From the NCBI GenBank assembly GCA_964510165.1, contig CAZEBC010000066.1, positions 1 to 18,675 of the forward strand: DNA of 18,675 nucleotides, in the 5' to 3' direction. A program made the translations under genes and the position numbers. The notes beneath the pieces are model-generated. The model did not search any database, was not told the DNA's origin, and saw only the letters and a list, made by a program, of their open reading frames with translations. The DNA comes from an uncultured bacterium (GTDB lineage: Bacteria > Abyssobacteria > SURF-5). Shown piece by piece: positions 15,381-18,675 of the stretch; within the stretch, counting starts at the first letter, position 1; each line of letters begins with the position of its first letter.

Positions 15381-16575
15381 ATTCTTCTATCCCAGAGGCG
15401 GCGACGCCGCGGTCTTTTTCGCGACCGCTATGCTCTTGAAGGAACACGGGCACGATGTGTCCTTCTTCTCGATGAAGAGCGCCGATAATCTCGAATGCCC
15501 ATACTCCCGCCACTTTGTCTCTTATGTGGACTTTAATGGAAAAGGCGGGATTCTCCAACGGGTGAGGGCCGCAGCGCGGGTGCTCTATTCGTTCGAAGCA
15601 AGACAGAAGATCGCACAACTCATAAATGAAGAAAGACCGACCCTCGCCCATCTTCACAACATATACCATCAACTCTCGCCCTCCATCATTGATGCCCTTA
15701 AGAAGAGGGGAATTCCCACGGTCATGACGCTGCATGACTATAAACTCATATGCGCCGCCTATACCCTTCTGTCCGATGCCGGGATATGCGAGCGCTGCGG
15801 CCACGGGGCATACCACAACGCAATCAAGAATGCCTGCATAAAGGGATCGAAAGCAAAGAGCATGCTCGGTGCGCTTGAGATGTACCTGCATCACCGTGTG
15901 CTCAAGCCTTATGAAAAGGTGGATGTGTTCATCTCGCCGAGCCGGTTCCTCAAGCAGAAGACCGAGGAGATGGGGTTTAAAGGAAAGGTTGTCCATCTGC
16001 CGAATTTCATTAACCCCTCGGACTACGAGCCGTGCTTCGACTCGCGGAACGGCACGATCGTCTACTTCGGACGTCTCTCGCGAGAGAAAGGCCTCAGGAC
16101 TCTCATTGATGCAGTCAAGGGGCTGGACATCTCGCTGAAGGTCATCGGCACCGGCCCGGAAAAGCAGAACCTCGAAGCGAAAGTGGTCGCGGAACGAATA
16201 GCGAACGTCAGTTTTCTCGGATACAAGACTGGCCGCGAATTGCACAGGGAGATTGCAAACAGCGGCTTTGCAGTTGTCCCATCCGAATGGTATGAAAACA
16301 ATCCGCGCGCCATTATCGAGGCGTTTGCGCTCGGAAAGCCCGTCCTCGGCGCCAACATCGGCGGCATCCCGGAACTGGTTCGAAGCGGAGAGACCGGCCT
16401 TACGTTTGAGAGCGGAAACGCCAATGATTTAAGGGAGAGAATCCTCCATCTCATGAAAGATAAATCCGCTCTCTCTCGGATGGGCCGGGCCGCCCGCTGC
16501 TTCGTCGAGAAAGAGCTAAATCCGCGTTCGCATTACGAAAGACTGATGCAAATCTACAAGATGGCCGGAGCATAA
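15358..16575 (+). CDS. Glycosyltransferase family 4 (GT-B, retaining), 405 aa
   Basis: The true start is likely ATG15358 (MKVLLANKFFYPRGG), with GGGAG upstream. Motifs GHDV, HLHN, MTLHDYKLIC, YFGRLSREKG, PSEWYENNPRAIIEAFALGKPV (E-x7-E) and IGGIPELV. Confidence 0.93.
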   Translation: MKVLLANKFFYPRGGDAAVFFATAMLLKEHGHDVSFFSMKSADNLECPYSRHFVSYVDFNGKGGILQRVRAAARVLYSFEARQKIAQLINEERPTLAHLHNIYHQLSPSIIDALKKRGIPTVMTLHDYKLICAAYTLLSDAGICERCGHGAYHNAIKNACIKGSKAKSMLGALEMYLHHRVLKPYEKVDVFISPSRFLKQKTEEMGFKGKVVHLPNFINPSDYEPCFDSRNGTIVYFGRLSREKGLRTLIDAVKGLDISLKVIGTGPEKQNLEAKVVAERIANVSFLGYKTGRELHREIANSGFAVVPSEWYENNPRAIIEAFALGKPVLGANIGGIPELVRSGETGLTFESGNANDLRERILHLMKDKSALSRMGRAARCFVEKELNPRSHYERLMQIYKMAGA

Positions 16576-16589
16576 CAAGGAATCATTAT

Positions 16590-17606
16590 ATGGAAGCAGC
16601 CGTCATAACCACATACCGATGCAACGCCAGATGCCATATGTGCAATATCTGGAAATATCCCACCCGACCGGAAGAGGAGTTCAAGCCCGACCTGCTTGAG
16701 AAGCTTCCGCCACTTGCATTCTGCAACATCACCGGCGGAGAGCCTTTCCTTCGCGATGACATTGATGAAATAGTCTCCATCGTCACGCGCAAATCCATGC
16801 GGGTCGTGATAAGCACCAACGGCTACATGACTGACAGAATCCTGGATGTGGCAAGAAGGAATCCGTCCATCGGGATCAGGATCAGCATCGAGGGCCTTCC
16901 CTCGGCCAACGACGAGTTGAGGGGCATCAGAAACGGCTTCGACCATGGTCTCAGGACACTGCTCGAACTCCAGCGCATTGGCCTGAAGGACATCGGCTTC
17001 GGCATCACAGTCTCCGACCGTAACGCCGAAGACATGCTCGAACTGTACCAGCTCGCAAAAGCGATGAGACTTGAATTCGCCACCGCCGCCGTCCACAATT
17101 CCTACTATTTTCACAAGCATGACAATCAGATAGAGCGAACGGAACATGTCGTCGAATGCTTCAAGCGGCTCGTTGATGAACTCCTGCGTTCGCGCCGGAT
17201 CAAGGACTGGTTCCGCGCTTATTTCAACTATGGCCTTATGAACTATATCAAGGGTTTGCCGCGCCTTCTTCCATGCGAGGCCGGGACGGAAAATTTCTTT
17301 GTCGACCCATGGGGCGAAGTGAGGCCCTGCAACGGTCTCGAGGAGCATATCTGGATGGAGAGCATGGGCAACATGAACCTCGATTCGTTCGAAGACATCT
17401 GGAACGGAGAGAAGGCGGAGGCCGTCAGAAGAAAAGTCCGCACCTGTCCAAAGCATTGCTGGATGATCGGGACTGCTGCGCCCGCCATGAAGAAATATCT
17501 GGCCGCACCGCTTCGCTGGGTGCTGAAGAACAAGATCAGGAGTATTCTCAACGGAAGCTCATGCCCAGTATTGCCAAGATTCGACGAGAGGGACTCTAAC
17601 GCATGA
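16590..17606 (+). CDS. Radical SAM enzyme with C-terminal SPASM/twitch-like domain, function unknown
   Basis: CxxxCxxC motif (C11, C15, C18), TGGEP, STNG and ISIEG. C-terminal PCEAG...VDPWGEVRPC...GN....FEDIW...CPKHC (C229, C247, C286, C290). AAGGA upstream. Confidence 0.93.
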   Translation: MEAAVITTYRCNARCHMCNIWKYPTRPEEEFKPDLLEKLPPLAFCNITGGEPFLRDDIDEIVSIVTRKSMRVVISTNGYMTDRILDVARRNPSIGIRISIEGLPSANDELRGIRNGFDHGLRTLLELQRIGLKDIGFGITVSDRNAEDMLELYQLAKAMRLEFATAAVHNSYYFHKHDNQIERTEHVVECFKRLVDELLRSRRIKDWFRAYFNYGLMNYIKGLPRLLPCEAGTENFFVDPWGEVRPCNGLEEHIWMESMGNMNLDSFEDIWNGEKAEAVRRKVRTCPKHCWMIGTAAPAMKKYLAAPLRWVLKNKIRSILNGSSCPVLPRFDERDSNA

Positions 17607-18675
17607 AGGTTGTCGTTCTCGGTACACGCGGTTTTCCCGCGGTGCAGGGCGGCGTCGAGAAGCACTGCGAGGAACTCTATCCGAGGCTTGCGGCGCTCGG
17701 CTGCGACGTCACCGTCTTTACAAGAACACCGTATCTCCCCAAAGAAGACAGATTGAGCGAATGGAAAGGCGTCAGGTTTCTCCATCTTTGGTGCCCACAC
17801 CAAAAGGCCTTTGAGGCGATTACCCATACGTTCATAGGGATACTCAAGGCGCGTACTCTCAAGCCTGATATACTACACATTCACGCGATTGGCCCATCCC
17901 TCCTCACGCCGTTCGCCAGAGCTCTCGGCCTGAAGGTGGTCTTTACGCACCATGGCCCCGACTATCTGCGGGCGAAATGGGGCGGCATGGCAAAGGCCAT
18001 TCTCCGACAAGGCGAGAAGTTCGGCGTGAAATACAGCCACAAGATAATCGCGATATCAGAAGGCATAAGAAGACACATCCAGCAACAATTCGGCGCGAAC
18101 GCCTTGTTCATCCCCAATGGCGTGAGCGTCCTGCCTCCTCTGCCAGCCGGCCAAGGACTCCGGCGATGGGGCCTGACACCCAAAGGCTATGCTTATACGG
18201 CATGCAGGTTTGTTCCCGAGAAAGGGCTTCATGATTTGGTCGATTCATACAAGTCCATACCCAAGCCCGCGTTCAAGCTGGTCATCGCCGGTGACGCCGA
18301 CCACGAAACAGAATACAGCCGCGGCCTCAAGCGCCTCTGCGCCGGTACCGACGGCGTGGTAACCACCGGGTTCATCTCAGGCCCCACCCTGGCCGAGTTG
18401 TTCTCCAACGCCGGCCTGTTCGTGTTGCCCTCTTATTATGAGGGGCTTCCCATCGCATTGCTCGAAGCCCTGAGCTATGGGCTTCCCGTCCTCGCAAGCG
18501 ATATCCCTCAGCACAGAGAGATTCCCTTGAGCCAAAAGAGATATTTCCCCGTCGGAAATGTCGCCGCATTGTCTCAATCCCTCGTCGAAGGTTTCGCCAC
18601 CGGCATTTCCACCCAGGAACGAGACCGCTATGTCTCGCTCCTCAATGAGAACTACAACTGGGACCTCATCGCCGA
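17603..18675 (+). CDS. Glycosyltransferase family 4, 3'-truncated by the window edge and absent from the supplied ORF track
   Basis: ATG17603 overlaps the radical SAM stop (ATGA). Manual translation gives MKVVVLGTRGFPAVQGGVEKHCEELYPRL...HIHAIGP...THHGPDYLRAKW...IPNGV...RFVPEKG...FVLPSYYEGLPIALLEALSYGLPVLASDIP...YNWDLIA, with no stop before the window ends. Confidence 0.93.
   Translation, partial: MKVVVLGTRGFPAVQGGVEKHCEELYPRLAALGCDVTVFTRTPYLPKEDRLSEWKGVRFLHLWCPHQKAFEAITHTFIGILKARTLKPDILHIHAIGPSLLTPFARALGLKVVFTHHGPDYLRAKWGGMAKAILRQGEKFGVKYSHKIIAISEGIRRHIQQQFGANALFIPNGVSVLPPLPAGQGLRRWGLTPKGYAYTACRFVPEKGLHDLVDSYKSIPKPAFKLVIAGDADHETEYSRGLKRLCAGTDGVVTTGFISGPTLAELFSNAGLFVLPSYYEGLPIALLEALSYGLPVLASDIPQHREIPLSQKRYFPVGNVAALSQSLVEGFATGISTQERDRYVSLLNENYNWDLIA

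Noticed and set aside
16590-17606. Anaerobic sulfatase-maturating enzyme, suggested by the nearby sulfur genes
   Set aside because: No sulfatase is in the window, the neighbours are sulfotransferases, and the Cys-rich two-cluster SPASM motif is incomplete.
2130-17827. Numerous minus-strand ORFs (e.g. 2130-2846, 3762-4511, 15280-16245, 16554-17456)
   Set aside because: They are antisense shadows of well-supported plus-strand genes and contain no recognisable motifs.
1-18675. Exosortase/PEP-CTERM, CRISPR array, tRNA/rRNA, transposase or integrase
   Set aside because: No PEP motif with a basic tail, exosortase-like ORF, regularly spaced repeats, RNA-gene signature or recombinase motif was seen.

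Overview
The window is one co-directional (+ strand) Wzx/Wzy-dependent exopolysaccharide or surface-glycan locus from a GC-rich diderm bacterium; the taxon cannot be determined from the sequence. Gene order: (1) small secreted protein with a carboxypeptidase-regulatory-like domain and C-terminal hydrophobic anchor; (2) wza export lipoprotein; (3) wzc co-polymerase/tyrosine kinase; (4) CpsB/CapC-type PHP phosphatase; (5) a ~1,200-aa O-antigen-ligase-family protein fused to TPRs and a C-terminal beta domain; (6) priming undecaprenyl-phosphate glycosylphosphotransferase; (7) wzx flippase; (8-9) two different PAPS-dependent sulfotransferases; (10) probable wzy polymerase; (11) GT4; (12) radical SAM enzyme with a SPASM/twitch-like domain; (13) a second GT4 that runs off the window and is missing from the ORF track. 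GTAG-type and CGTC-type palindromic (REP-like) repeats lie in intergenic gaps. Several supplied ORF starts are over-extended and are corrected here. Main hypothesis (inference, untested): the locus builds a sulfated, radical-SAM-tailored glycan, and the ligase-TPR fusion may transfer it onto a protein acceptor, possibly the small anchored protein encoded at the head of the locus.
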